Shown here piece by piece: positions 20,644-31,444 of a stretch of DNA of 64,000 bases. The stretch is taken from contig OY762964.1 in NCBI GenBank assembly GCA_963667035.1, positions 832,001 to 896,000 on the forward strand, given 5' to 3'. Under the pieces are notes generated by a model. That model made no database searches, was not told the DNA's origin, and saw nothing but the letters and a program-made list of their open reading frames with translations. The translations under genes and the position numbers were made by a program. Each line of letters opens with the position of its first letter. Position 1 is the stretch's first letter. This DNA comes from Candidatus Cloacimonadales bacterium (GTDB lineage Bacteria > Cloacimonadota > Cloacimonadia > Cloacimonadales > JAFGVF01).

Positions 20644-21125
20644 TGCCGACTTCGTCGTCACAGCAACTCGGGGGAGTTGCAGTACAATCGTAGTGCAAGT
20701 GCCCTCACTTGCACATAGCTCAAAGAGCTATATTTGGTTAGCTTGTCATGAGCATAAATAAGTATTGGCGTAACAACTATACTAATAATTATTGATTGCA
20801 TGATTGGATTTGTGGTCCATAAGTTTCAGTCAGTGGAAACTGCCGACTTTGTCGTCACAGCAACTCGGGGGAGTTGCAGTACAATCGTAGTGCAAGTGCC
20901 ATCACTTGCACATAGCTCAAAGAGCTATATTTGGTTAGCTTGTCATGAGCATAAATAAGTATTGGCGTAACAACTATACTAATAATTATTGATTGCATGA
21001 TTGGATTTGTGGTCCATAAGTTTCAGTCAGTGGAAACTGCCGACTTTGTTGTCACAGCAACTCAGGGGAGTTGCAGTACAACCGTAGTGCAAGTGCCCTC
21101 ACTTGCACATAGCTCGGAGAGCTAT
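20644..21125. repeat. about 2.4 tandem copies of a 197-bp REP/REPIN unit, family A
   Basis: Units start at 20644, 20841 and 21038; hairpins gcaactc/gagttgc, GTAG+tgcaagtg/cacttgca and atagctc/gagctat. Confidence 0.9.
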
Positions 21126-21221
21126 TATCGGTAATTTAATCGTTTATAAAGAACAGAACCAGTAAAAAGATAGAATAAAATGTAGTTGACTTATATATCT
21201 TATTATCAGTATGTTACTACT

Positions 21222-21800
21222 ATGTATAAGTTCAAAGTATATTATAAAAGATCTCTACCACATGTACAAGAAGATGGAGGAATCTACTCGATAGTCTTTA
21301 GACTTGCATGGTCTATTCCAGTAGCTAAACAAAAAGAATTGCGTGAACAAAAGGGATATCAAAGTTATATAGATAGTTATGTTAGATTCGACAATTATCT
21401 GGACACTTGTTCCAGTCTAAACTGGTTGATGAACTCAAGAATAGCTAGAACTACTATAGAAACGCTTCATGTACACAACACACAAAAATACAATCTTATT
21501 GCCTATTGCATTATGCCAAATCATGTACATTTGATTCTTGAACCTTTATTTAAATATAAAGAGACTCCATATACATTAACAGAAATTATGCATTCCATAA
21601 AAACTTACACTGCGAAGAAAGGAAATGAGATTCTTAGTAGAAAAGGTCAATTTTGGGCACATGAAAGCTATGACCATCTGATTCGAAATGAGAAAGAGCT
21701 CTATAATCAGATTGAATACTTGAAGAATAATCCTGTCAAAGCAGGACTTGTGTCTGATCAAGATGATTGGCAGTACACCTGGGTTGCAGTACAAATGTAG
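21222..21800 (+). CDS. REP-associated tyrosine transposase (RAYT, Y1 HUH)
   Basis: RSLPH, CIMPNHVHLI (HUH) and FWAHESYDHLIR..YLKNNPVKAGLV motifs; flanked by REPs. Confidence 0.9.
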   Translation: MYKFKVYYKRSLPHVQEDGGIYSIVFRLAWSIPVAKQKELREQKGYQSYIDSYVRFDNYLDTCSSLNWLMNSRIARTTIETLHVHNTQKYNLIAYCIMPNHVHLILEPLFKYKETPYTLTEIMHSIKTYTAKKGNEILSRKGQFWAHESYDHLIRNEKELYNQIEYLKNNPVKAGLVSDQDDWQYTWVAVQM

Positions 21801-21989
21801 TGCAAGTGCCCTCACTTGCACATAGCTCAAAGAGCTATATTTAGTTAGCATATCTTGAGCATAAACTAGTATTGGCATAATAACTATACTAATCTTTGTT
21901 GATTACATGATTGGAAATATTATCCATAAGTTTTGGTCAGTGGAAACTGCCGACTTCGTCGTCACAGCAACTTGGGAGAGTTGCAGTAC
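21783..21989. repeat. permuted copy of the 197-bp family A REP unit
   Basis: Same hairpins with a diverged spacer; overlaps the RAYT stop codon. Confidence 0.9.
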
Positions 21990-22084
21990 TTCTCTGAAAA
22001 AAAGCTTTTCAAAATAAATAGTTTTAAAAGTTTGTATAATAAGCAGATTATAGAAGTTATATCCTGCTAATTGTTGGAGGAAAA

Positions 22085-22390
22085 ATGTTTAAATTAAGTG
22101 ATGAACAGCTTGCTAAAGCTAAGGAGATTGCTCTGTCGAATCGTCGCAAAAAAAGTTGCGGTGAGTGTTACGACAGAGGCTATATTGGAACCTCGGAGGA
22201 GAACTTACTCATATTGTGTCAGAAATGCGTAGATATAGATAAAGCCATGGAAGACTGGAAAGAGTATGTCGCAACAGTTCCTGAGTTAAAAGACGAATTC
22301 AGTGATTTGTTTGAAGACGAGCCGGAAGAGGAAGAAGATATAGATGTATCTAAGCTTAACAGAGCTATGCGTCGTAAAACCAATAAATAA
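22085..22390 (+). CDS. small CxxC/CxxC zinc-binding hypothetical protein
   Basis: CGECYDRGY...CQKC, acidic tail, GGAGG RBS. Confidence 0.75.
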   Translation: MFKLSDEQLAKAKEIALSNRRKKSCGECYDRGYIGTSEENLLILCQKCVDIDKAMEDWKEYVATVPELKDEFSDLFEDEPEEEEDIDVSKLNRAMRRKTNK

Positions 22391-22507
22391 ACTTGAATAC
22401 GAGGCGGTTTAATAAAGGCTCAATTACGTGAGTTTGTAAACCGACTTCGATTTATATATAATTATAGAACACTGTTAATTAGAGTGTAAGAATAAATGGA
22501 GCTTTAA

Positions 22508-25500
22508 ATGTACAAACCAATAGATATAAAAGAATCTGCAACACTCCTTGAAGAGAGAGTGAGAGTATATTGGAAAGAGAAAGAACTCGCTAAGAGAAGT
22601 GAGGAAACCAGAGAAGGAGCTAAACGCTTTGTATTCTTTGAAGGACCTCCAACAGCTAACGGTAAACCCGGAATTCATCATGTTATGGGTAGAACCCTTA
22701 AGGACTCGGTTTGTCGCTATAAAACAATGAAAGGTTTTCAGGTAAAGAGAAAAGCCGGATGGGACACTCACGGTCTTCCCGTAGAAATAGAAGTTGAGAA
22801 ACAACTTGGGTTAAGTGATAAGAAAGAGATTGAAGAATACGGAATAGCCGACTTTAACAAGAAATGTCGCGAATCCGTGTTTACTTATGAAAATCTCTGG
22901 AGGAAGATGACAGAGAAGATGGGGTATTGGATTGATTTGGATAATCCATACATCACACTTGATAACAATTATATAGAATCCGTTTGGTGGATTCTTAATG
23001 ATTTCTTCAAGAAAGATCTCATATATAAAGGTCATAAAATTGTGCCTTATTGCCCTAGTTGCGGAACTCCTCTTTCTTCTCATGAAGTAGCCCAGGGTTA
23101 TAAGGATGTTGATGACCCTTCCGTGTTTGCCAAATTCAAGAGCAAGGATGAGGAAAATCTTTATTACTTGGCATGGACAACAACACCTTGGACCCTTATC
23201 TCCAATGTTGCATTGGTTGTGAATCCTGTGGAAGACTATGTTAAAGTAATTCATAATGATGAAAAATTGGTACTTGCCAAAGCCAGATTAGGTGTGCTTG
23301 ACGGTGATTACGAAATAATAGAAGAGTTTAAAGGTGCAGAACTCGAATATAAAGAATATGAGCCTTTATTCCAATATGTTGAAGTTGATAAAAAAGCTTG
23401 GTTCATAGGTTGTGCAGATTATGTGACAATGGATGACGGTACAGGTGTTGTGCATACAGCTCCGGCATTTGGTCAGGATGACTATAATCTTGGAATGAAG
23501 TATGGTTTGCCTTTTGTTCAGCCTGTTGATGCTGCCGGAAAGTTTACCGAAGAGGTTACTGATTGGGCGGGATTATTTGTAAAAGAAGCTGATAAAGGTA
23601 TTATCAAAAACCTTAAAGAACGTGGAATACTCTATAAAAGAGAACAGATAAAGCACAGTTATCCACATTGCTGGAGATGTTCAAGTCCGCTTGTGTATTA
23701 TGCAAGAGAGAGTTGGTACATTAGAACTCAGAAGTACAGAGATCAGTTGATAGAGAACAATAATAGTGTAAATTGGGTACCGGGTTTCGTTGGAGAAAAG
23801 CGTTTCGGTGCTTGGTTGGAAAACAATATAGATTGGGCTTTATCAAGAGATAGATTTTGGGGAACTCCGTTAAACGTGTGGGTCTGCGATGAGTGCGGGA
23901 AACTTGACTCTGCAGGATCAATAGCAGAGTTACGTGATAAAGGTACTATGATTGACGGTACTGAAGTACCGGAGAACATAGAACTTCACCGTCCTTATGT
24001 TGATGAAGTTGAGTTTACCTGTAGTTGCGGTGGAAAGATGCATAGAACCAAAGAAGTTATCGACTGCTGGTTTGATAGTGGAGCTATGCCTTTTGCTCAA
24101 TGGCATTATCCATTTGAGAATAAAGAAAAATTCGATGAAGAGCTTTTTCCGGCTGATTTTATCTCAGAGGGTATAGACCAGACTCGTGGTTGGTTTTACA
24201 CATTGTTGACTATTTCAACAATATTAAAAGGTAAAGCTCCTTATAAAAATGTACTTGTAAACGACCTGATTCTTGATAAAAACGGTATCAAGATGAGTAA
24301 GTCCAAAGGCAATAGTGTTGATCCAATGGAGCTAATGGAGAAGTATGGTGCGGATGCAATACGTTGGTACTTAATCAGTAATTCTGTTCCTTGGGTTCCA
24401 ACAAAGTTCGACCCAAAAGGTGTTGAGGAAGTTGTTGGTAAATTCATTGGAACACTTAAGAATGTTTATTCATTCTTTGTAACATATACTAATATAGATA
24501 AATTCAATGCTAATGAGTTTAATTTTAACGAGAAGCAATCATTAGAGATTGACCGTTGGATAATCTCAAGATTAAACTCGGTAATAAAAGATGTAACCGA
24601 ATCTAATGACGGTTATGATTTCACAAAGAGTTTAAGAATCTTACAGGACTTTGTTCTTGATGAAGTATCAAACTGGTATGTTAGAAGAAGCAGAAGAAGA
24701 TTCTGGGCTATGAATCTTACTGAAGATAAGAAAACAGCTTATCTGACACTTAATCATGTGTTAGTAACAGTAAGTAAACTTATTGCTCCTTTCGTACCAT
24801 ATTTTGCTGAAGATATGTTTACTAATCTTACAGGTAAAGAAAGTGTACATCTTGAAGACTATCCCGTAGCTAAAGAAGAATTGATTGATGCTACTCTTGA
24901 AGCTGAGATGAAGACTATTATTGACCTTGTCTCTCTTGGTAGAGCAGCAAGAAATACAAGTCAGATTAAAGTAAGACAAACACTACAGAAGTTGTTTGTT
25001 CCTGAAAATACTAAACCTGTAGTTGAAAGAATGCTTGAACTTATAAAGGAAGAAATCAACGTTAAAGAGATTGAATATATTTCTGAGAATGATGACTTTG
25101 TTCACTTTGAAATGAAACCTAATTTTAAAGTTATGGGTCCAAAATTCGGGAAGGACATGAAAAAACTTGCGGGACATCTCAAAACTCTCAATGGAGGTGA
25201 AATCCTTGCATGCTTCAAAGAAGGTAATGCTTTTACTTTTGATATTGAAGGACAGGAGTTCTCAATAGTTGAAGAAGATGTAGCTGTTTCTATTCAACAA
25301 AGAGAAGGTTTTGTGTTCGAGAGTTCAAAAGAGAATTATGTTGCTCTTGATACTACTTTGAATGAAGATCTGATACTTGAAGGATATGCCAGAGAACTGG
25401 TAAACAAGATTCAGTTCACAAGAAAAGAGAATAATTACGATATTATGGATAGAATAGCAATATTCTTATCCGGTGATGATGAAATAAAGAAAGCTGTTGA

Positions 25501-25624
25501 TTTACATGCCGATTATATCAAGTCGGAAACTCTTGCTGACAGTATTGAATTTACTGATAAAGACGATATGACGGAATGGGATATTAACGGTAAACAGGTA
25601 CTTATAGTACTTGCAAAGATATAA
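22508..25624 (+). CDS. ileS: isoleucine--tRNA ligase (type 2)
   Basis: EGPPTANG, GWDTHGLP, WTTTPWTL, EGIDQTRGWF and KMSKS motifs; long C-terminal extension. Confidence 0.97.
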   Translation: MYKPIDIKESATLLEERVRVYWKEKELAKRSEETREGAKRFVFFEGPPTANGKPGIHHVMGRTLKDSVCRYKTMKGFQVKRKAGWDTHGLPVEIEVEKQLGLSDKKEIEEYGIADFNKKCRESVFTYENLWRKMTEKMGYWIDLDNPYITLDNNYIESVWWILNDFFKKDLIYKGHKIVPYCPSCGTPLSSHEVAQGYKDVDDPSVFAKFKSKDEENLYYLAWTTTPWTLISNVALVVNPVEDYVKVIHNDEKLVLAKARLGVLDGDYEIIEEFKGAELEYKEYEPLFQYVEVDKKAWFIGCADYVTMDDGTGVVHTAPAFGQDDYNLGMKYGLPFVQPVDAAGKFTEEVTDWAGLFVKEADKGIIKNLKERGILYKREQIKHSYPHCWRCSSPLVYYARESWYIRTQKYRDQLIENNNSVNWVPGFVGEKRFGAWLENNIDWALSRDRFWGTPLNVWVCDECGKLDSAGSIAELRDKGTMIDGTEVPENIELHRPYVDEVEFTCSCGGKMHRTKEVIDCWFDSGAMPFAQWHYPFENKEKFDEELFPADFISEGIDQTRGWFYTLLTISTILKGKAPYKNVLVNDLILDKNGIKMSKSKGNSVDPMELMEKYGADAIRWYLISNSVPWVPTKFDPKGVEEVVGKFIGTLKNVYSFFVTYTNIDKFNANEFNFNEKQSLEIDRWIISRLNSVIKDVTESNDGYDFTKSLRILQDFVLDEVSNWYVRRSRRRFWAMNLTEDKKTAYLTLNHVLVTVSKLIAPFVPYFAEDMFTNLTGKESVHLEDYPVAKEELIDATLEAEMKTIIDLVSLGRAARNTSQIKVRQTLQKLFVPENTKPVVERMLELIKEEINVKEIEYISENDDFVHFEMKPNFKVMGPKFGKDMKKLAGHLKTLNGGEILACFKEGNAFTFDIEGQEFSIVEEDVAVSIQQREGFVFESSKENYVALDTTLNEDLILEGYARELVNKIQFTRKENNYDIMDRIAIFLSGDDEIKKAVDLHADYIKSETLADSIEFTDKDDMTEWDINGKQVLIVLAKI

Positions 25625-25674
25625 AATATATTGGAGCCGGAGTAATCCGGCTCTAATTTTATTTAGAGAACTAT

Positions 25675-26265
25675 ATGAAAGTTAAATACCGGGAAAAGAA
25701 TATAACGAATTCAGTTTCGGATCCTTTAGTGAAAGCACTACTTGAAATAGGAAGATTAAAATCATGCTTTAGGCAGGGATGGTTAAAACGAGGTGTGACA
25801 AAAGAAGTTGGGGAATCAATTGCAGACCATTGCTTCTTTGTTGTATTAAGTGCTATGATGATTGCCGACAGAGATTTTCCTGAACTTGATAAGTTAAAAT
25901 TGATTAGAATGGCTATAGTGCATGAACTTGCAGAGGCTACGGTAGGGGATATTACCCCTGTTGACGGGATTACCGAAGAAGAAAAGTATTTGATGGAGCA
26001 GAAGGCTTTTAGAGAGATACTGAAAGATGTTGATGTCGACGGTGCATACTTAAGATTATGGGAAGAATTTGAGAAAGCCGAGACACCTGAAGCGAAATTT
26101 ATAAAACAGATTGATAAGTTTGAAATGGGATTGCAAGCTTATAAATATGCGGAACATGGATTTTCCGGTATGGATGAGTTTCTTAATTCTACTAATAGAG
26201 TTGTTTCTGACGATAGAATAAAAGAATTATTGAAAGATGTTAAAATTGTGGGGAATGAAGGATGA
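25675..26265 (+). CDS. HD-domain hydrolase (HD_3/YfbR-like)
   Basis: RQGW, ESIADH, HELAEA..GDITP and DKFEM motifs. Confidence 0.85.
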   Translation: MKVKYREKNITNSVSDPLVKALLEIGRLKSCFRQGWLKRGVTKEVGESIADHCFFVVLSAMMIADRDFPELDKLKLIRMAIVHELAEATVGDITPVDGITEEEKYLMEQKAFREILKDVDVDGAYLRLWEEFEKAETPEAKFIKQIDKFEMGLQAYKYAEHGFSGMDEFLNSTNRVVSDDRIKELLKDVKIVGNEG

Positions 26266-26531
26266 GAATTGATCAATTACTAAACAAACTTTGCTTGGTT
26301 AAAACCAGAACTATTGCAAAAAATGCATGTGATAAGAATCTTATACAAGTAAATGGTAAGAAATCTAAAGCTAGCCAGATCATTACAGAAGGTGACGAGA
26401 TATCAATTGCGTTGGGACAATATAAAACCGATGTGAAAATTACTAAGATACCTAACGGTAATGTTGCTAAAAAAGATGCGGGAGATTACTACGAAGTATT
26501 GAAGAGGACTAAAATAGAGATTGATGAGTAA
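26262..26531 (+). CDS. S4 RNA-binding domain protein (Hsp15/RqcP-like)
   Basis: MRID..L..L.LVKTR..A..AC..I.VNG..K.S. Confidence 0.85.
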   Translation: MRIDQLLNKLCLVKTRTIAKNACDKNLIQVNGKKSKASQIITEGDEISIALGQYKTDVKITKIPNGNVAKKDAGDYYEVLKRTKIEIDE

Positions 26532-28644
26532 GAGTCTATTCAGTAGAACTCAAAGCCTGATTTACTATATTAGGGCAAACCATGCAGTAGAGAATACTAT
26601 TGCTGCAGTTATTCTCACTGCAGTATTTTTTCTTAGCTCATTTATTGAATTAAGGATACCTCAGAGCACGATTGTTGAGGGGCAAGTTAGCGATAAGGAT
26701 ATTATCGCTCCATTCTCTTTTGAAGTGAAGAAGGATGAAGCTCAACTACAAGCGGAAAGAGATAGTAAATTCCATAATCTCAGCCCTGTATATGTCCTGT
26801 CTGAAAGTGTTAACTACCAAATTATACAGAATCTAAATCACCTTTTTACTAATCTGTACTCCTTTAAAGAGACTGGAAACAAGGAGCAGATGAAGAGTTA
26901 TATCACTAACTTGGGCTATGAAGTAAGTTATACCGAGATTAACTTTTTGTTTGATGGTAACAATCTCCAGAGAGTATGGGATTATGTGATGATAAAAAGT
27001 GATTCACTTCTTGCTTCAGGTTTACTTGAAGCACCTGTGGATGATACTATTATCTTTGAAAACGATGGAAGAACCAGAGCTGTTGAGACCAGTGAATTTC
27101 TAAAAATATCCAAAGCTGCAAGAGATTTATCTACTGCTTTCAATAATGACGATATTCAAGGTTTTATTGAATACATTCTATTTCTTCACTTGGAACCTAA
27201 CATAGTTATTGATAGGAATAAGACTGATGAATTAGTTAAAACCCAAAAACAAAAACTTAAACCAGTACTGGACGTAATCCAAAAGAATGAGATAATAATA
27301 AGGAAGAATACTAAGATTTCACATCTTGAATACCTTAAATATCAATCAATGATAAATTCCAAGGAATATATGAATTGGAATAATCGTAAGAAAGTTCTTA
27401 TTGTTCGCATATTGGGTTATGGTCTAATAGTCTTTTTACTACTTTCAGCTTTAAGATATATGCTATCAAAGTTGACTCTGGAAGTAAGCAATAAGAGCTA
27501 TATGTTACTTTTGATACTTCTTGTTTCTGAAGTACTTCTATATCTACTTATTGTTGATATATCGGGTCTCTCGTCCTATATATTTCCGTTAATATTCTTT
27601 ATACTGCTACCTGCCGTTGTAATATCTACAACAACAGGCTTAGTTTTCGGAGCTTTTCTACTAATTATAAATCTATTGACTTTTAGCTTGGATAACAATC
27701 TACAACTATATCATGCCTTGATAGCAACAGCAGCACTGATATATCTGGATAGACTCACAGTTAAGCAAACATATTCTACACTATCTTGGATGCTACTGAT
27801 TACATGTGCGATAATTGTTATGGCGATAGGATTAGTAGTAAGTATTCCGTTGTTCAGAACAGTAAATAATCTAATATTCAGTGAAATAGCAATTGTTGTT
27901 TCTATGGCAGGACTTATCTCATTAGCGAATTGGACAGAATCGAAGCTGGATACAGTTTCCAACAATCAATTGATTAGTATGATTGATTTTAATCATCCTC
28001 TACTGAAGAAATTGGCGACAGAAGCTCCCGGAACATATCATCATTCTTTAGTAGTAAGTAATTTAGCAGAAAGAGCAGCAGAAGAGATCGGCTCTGACTA
28101 TCTCTTAGCCAGAGTTGGAAGCTACTATCATGATATAGGTAAACTTAAAAATCCAAGTATGTTTACCGAAAACAATGAGCACTCGGACAGATTACATAGC
28201 CAAATGGGGTATGATGAGAGTGCCGAGTTCATAAAAGAGCATGTAAGTTACGGAATTCAACTTGCTAAACAATACAAATTACCTAATGCTGTAATGGATA
28301 TAATTTTGACTCATCATGGTACGCAGGCGATAAAATATTTCCTTAAGATGGCTCAAGAGAATAACCTTGAAACTCCGCACTCAACATTCTATTACAACGG
28401 ACCTAAACCTCAATCGAAGATTGCTGCTATCATAATGATTTCGGATATTGTAGAATCAAAAACAAAAGTCTTCAATGAGTTTAAACCTCAAATAGTAGAT
28501 GAAACTCTTGACTCGTTGATTAAGAACAAGCAGTTAAGTGATTGTGATTTGTCCTTTAAAGAACTTGGTCAGATTAAAGAGGTTATGAATGTTGTTCTGA
28601 GTAGTATCTATCGTAAACGTAAAGATTACAAACTGGATGAATAG
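26524..28644 (+). CDS. 7TM-HD (HDIG) phosphohydrolase, PgpH-like
   Basis: Extracellular domain, 7 TM segments, APGTYHHS, YYHDIGK, HHGT, YNGPKP. Confidence 0.88.
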   Translation: MSKSLFSRTQSLIYYIRANHAVENTIAAVILTAVFFLSSFIELRIPQSTIVEGQVSDKDIIAPFSFEVKKDEAQLQAERDSKFHNLSPVYVLSESVNYQIIQNLNHLFTNLYSFKETGNKEQMKSYITNLGYEVSYTEINFLFDGNNLQRVWDYVMIKSDSLLASGLLEAPVDDTIIFENDGRTRAVETSEFLKISKAARDLSTAFNNDDIQGFIEYILFLHLEPNIVIDRNKTDELVKTQKQKLKPVLDVIQKNEIIIRKNTKISHLEYLKYQSMINSKEYMNWNNRKKVLIVRILGYGLIVFLLLSALRYMLSKLTLEVSNKSYMLLLILLVSEVLLYLLIVDISGLSSYIFPLIFFILLPAVVISTTTGLVFGAFLLIINLLTFSLDNNLQLYHALIATAALIYLDRLTVKQTYSTLSWMLLITCAIIVMAIGLVVSIPLFRTVNNLIFSEIAIVVSMAGLISLANWTESKLDTVSNNQLISMIDFNHPLLKKLATEAPGTYHHSLVVSNLAERAAEEIGSDYLLARVGSYYHDIGKLKNPSMFTENNEHSDRLHSQMGYDESAEFIKEHVSYGIQLAKQYKLPNAVMDIILTHHGTQAIKYFLKMAQENNLETPHSTFYYNGPKPQSKIAAIIMISDIVESKTKVFNEFKPQIVDETLDSLIKNKQLSDCDLSFKELGQIKEVMNVVLSSIYRKRKDYKLDE

Positions 28645-29068
28645 AATGATTGAGCTTCAATACGAAAACAAATCTGGTAAAGAACAGAATCAGAAATTGT
28701 TTGAAGAGATCTTTTGTCTTGTATCAGAAAAAGAAGGTCTGTCTGAAGATTCGAGCCTATCTTTAACTATAGTAGATTCGGATGAGATGAGGGGATTGAA
28801 TGGTCGATATAGAGGTTTATTCAAATCAACCGATGTTCTGAGTTTCCCTTGTGAATTGGATTTCGTACCGTTTCTGGGAGATATTATCATTGACATTTAT
28901 ACTGCTGACAGGCAAAAGGGAATCAATTCTCTGTCTGAGGAGCTACAAATACTGTTTTTACATGGGCTCTTACATTTACTTGGGTATGACCATTTATCGG
29001 TTAAACAAAAGAAGGAAATGGAAGACAAAGAAAAATACTATATTAATTTATTAAGGAGTAAACCGTAA
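28637..29068 (+). CDS. ybeY: rRNA maturation factor YbeY
   Basis: TDVLSFP, LGDI and HGLLHLLGYDH motifs. Confidence 0.95.
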   Translation: MNRMIELQYENKSGKEQNQKLFEEIFCLVSEKEGLSEDSSLSLTIVDSDEMRGLNGRYRGLFKSTDVLSFPCELDFVPFLGDIIIDIYTADRQKGINSLSEELQILFLHGLLHLLGYDHLSVKQKKEMEDKEKYYINLLRSKP

Positions 29069-29070
29069 CA

Positions 29071-30348
29071 GTGGACACCTTTTCGTGGATTTCACTAATA
29101 ATTCTTCTCTGTTTATCTGCATTTTTTTCCGGATCGGAAACCTCATTCTTTTCTCTAAATAAGATTCAATTGAAAAAGATGGAAGGTTCTGAAAAACAAG
29201 GAGAACGCCGTATATTGAGACTTCTAAAAAACTCAAATTTTTTATTGATTACAATTCTTTTAGGCAATACATTAGTTAACATTGCCTTTTCATCTCAAAC
29301 AACGGTTTTAGCTATTAGCTTACAAGAAAAGTTCGGATGGAATATCTCAGAATCATTTCTTCTCTTCTTACAAGTTATTGTTACAACAATGATTATTCTT
29401 ATTTTTGGAGAAATCATTCCAAAGTTAATAGCCTATTCAATATCTGATCGGTTTGCCAGAAGAGTTGCTACTCCAATTGCAATTATGCAGATAGTTTTAT
29501 GGCCTATATTGAAACTGTTTGATTTACTGAATAACCTTATTTCCAAATCAAACGGCATAAGCGAACAACAACGGCAAATCCTTACTTCTGAGGACTTTAG
29601 AAATATAATAAATTCAGAGACTTCCGATCATCCGTTAGAGGATAATGAGAAGAAGATTATTGCAAGCATTTTAGAGTTCTCAACTACTGAAGTTAGAGAA
29701 ATCATTATTCCTCGTGTCGATATTGTTGCTGTTGAGGAAAATGATTCAATTGAAGTGCTAAAGCAGAAAATCGTGGAGTCTGGTTTTTCTCGTATACCTG
29801 TTTACAAAGATACGATAGACGATATAACAGGTGTTATCTATGCGAAAGATATTTTGTTATATCCTGAGAAGACTGAGCTACAACAGTTAGTTAGACAACC
29901 TTATTTTGTTACTGAAAACATGAAGATACAAACACTTCTGAACCAATTTAAGAGTCAGAAATTGCAAATAGCTCTTGTAGTTGATGAATATGGTGGAACA
30001 TCAGGATTGATAACCTTAGAGGATATTCTTGAGGAACTAGTTGGTGATATTCAAGATGAGTATGATGATGATGTGACACCTGAACTCAGAAAAATAAGTG
30101 AAATAGAATATATAATCAGCGGTATGTTCTCAATCAACGATTTCAACAGCATTTTCAATCAAGATATAAACACAGAAGAATTTGATAATCTGGCAGATTA
30201 TCTGTTAGTTCAATTTAACCATCTACCTGTATTGCATGAGTCAATTACTATTAATGAGCTAACTTTCAAGATTTCTGATATTAAAAATCAACGAATAAAC
30301 TTCGTTCATATACTAATAAATGAACAAACGGAGCAAAGTGAAGATTAA
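29071..30348 (+). CDS. CNNM/CBS/CorC-HlyC domain protein
   Basis: SAFFSGSET, FGEIIPK, FSRIPVY and VDEYGGTSGLITLEDILEELVG motifs. Confidence 0.9.
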   Translation: MDTFSWISLIILLCLSAFFSGSETSFFSLNKIQLKKMEGSEKQGERRILRLLKNSNFLLITILLGNTLVNIAFSSQTTVLAISLQEKFGWNISESFLLFLQVIVTTMIILIFGEIIPKLIAYSISDRFARRVATPIAIMQIVLWPILKLFDLLNNLISKSNGISEQQRQILTSEDFRNIINSETSDHPLEDNEKKIIASILEFSTTEVREIIIPRVDIVAVEENDSIEVLKQKIVESGFSRIPVYKDTIDDITGVIYAKDILLYPEKTELQQLVRQPYFVTENMKIQTLLNQFKSQKLQIALVVDEYGGTSGLITLEDILEELVGDIQDEYDDDVTPELRKISEIEYIISGMFSINDFNSIFNQDINTEEFDNLADYLLVQFNHLPVLHESITINELTFKISDIKNQRINFVHILINEQTEQSED

Positions 30349-31060
30349 ACAGTTTTTCTTAGTTGTACTCCTACTTTCTACATTTACACTTAAAGCCAGC
30401 TATCTTGAATACAAAGTGAAGGTTTTCGGAATCACTAACTCAGTTATTCAAGTTAACCATGCTGTTACAGATACTTTAGGAATATTTGATGTTCATGTAA
30501 AGACTTTCAAAGCAATAAGTGTATTCTCAAATGTAGACAACTATTATCACTCTACTTATGTAAATGGTTTTAGAACTAATTATCTCAGAAAAAGAATAGC
30601 TCAATCTAAATACTCAGAGGATAGAGAGATTGTGATAGATAATAACATAGCTTATATGAAAGACTTAGCCAAAGGAACAGAGGAACAGTACAATGTCTTT
30701 AGTGACACTTCCGACTTGTTTGGCGGTTTATTCAAGATTAGCAAGGATGATGATTTTACTGGATCGTTTCACATATTCTCTAATAGACATATCTGGAGAG
30801 CCGTTTATGAGGATAAAGAAGTTGAGACTATAAATACTGAGCTTGGAAAGTTCGAAGCTCATCGTATAGAAGTTCATTTCCTTAAGATATCTGAGGGTGA
30901 TTTCAAGTGTACAGATATATTTACTAACAATGTCCTGAGAGAAAATCAATTACTCGAGTTATGGATTTCAGAAGATAAACAGATCCCTTTGAAAGCAATT
31001 CTACACCACCCTAAGCATAAAGTCTATTGGAATATATCGGATTATAGAAATGAGAATTAA
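30320..31060 (+). CDS. exported protein, DUF3108-like
   Basis: Signal peptide; ETINTELGKFEA and LWISEDKQIP pattern. Confidence 0.6.
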   Translation: MNKRSKVKIKQFFLVVLLLSTFTLKASYLEYKVKVFGITNSVIQVNHAVTDTLGIFDVHVKTFKAISVFSNVDNYYHSTYVNGFRTNYLRKRIAQSKYSEDREIVIDNNIAYMKDLAKGTEEQYNVFSDTSDLFGGLFKISKDDDFTGSFHIFSNRHIWRAVYEDKEVETINTELGKFEAHRIEVHFLKISEGDFKCTDIFTNNVLRENQLLELWISEDKQIPLKAILHHPKHKVYWNISDYRNEN

Positions 31061-31427
31061 TCGTAGAGTCAGGTTCGTAATATTTGTCCTGTGGATGTTG
31101 CTAATTTTTGCTGTCTCATCATGGCCGTCTTTACAAAGTCCTGAAATAGGTATCATTGGAGTAGATAAGATAGCACATTTTACTCAGTATTTCATAGCCG
31201 GTATTCTTTTGGCTCTATATCTCAAATCGAAACAAACAGTAATGAAGATAATCATAGTAAGATTTACTCTACTAGCTCTATTCTGTATCGTCGACGAGAT
31301 ACATCAATTATGGATTCCGGGTCGGTCTGTCTCCATTTATGATGCTATAGCTAATCTTTCAGGAATCTTTTTTTCTTTACTTATTTCTCTTTATGGCTTA
31401 AAACGATTATGTTATAAGAAGAATTAA
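31050..31427 (+). CDS. VanZ-family membrane protein
   Basis: DKIAHF, DEIHQ..IPGR and D..AN motifs. Confidence 0.85.
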   Translation: MRINRRVRFVIFVLWMLLIFAVSSWPSLQSPEIGIIGVDKIAHFTQYFIAGILLALYLKSKQTVMKIIIVRFTLLALFCIVDEIHQLWIPGRSVSIYDAIANLSGIFFSLLISLYGLKRLCYKKN

Positions 31428-31444
31428 TAGTAAAGGAGTTAATT

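Noticed and set aside
20644..21125. 197-bp tandem repeats as a CRISPR array
   Set aside because: Spacers are near-identical rather than unique, there are no cas genes, and RAYT/REP explains them.
22395..22455. Hairpin before ileS as a T-box
   Set aside because: No T-box motif, specifier stem or U-tailed terminator; only a simple hairpin.
26524..30348. 7TM-HD/ybeY/CBS-CorC cluster as a novel system
   Set aside because: Commonly seen conserved housekeeping neighbourhood.
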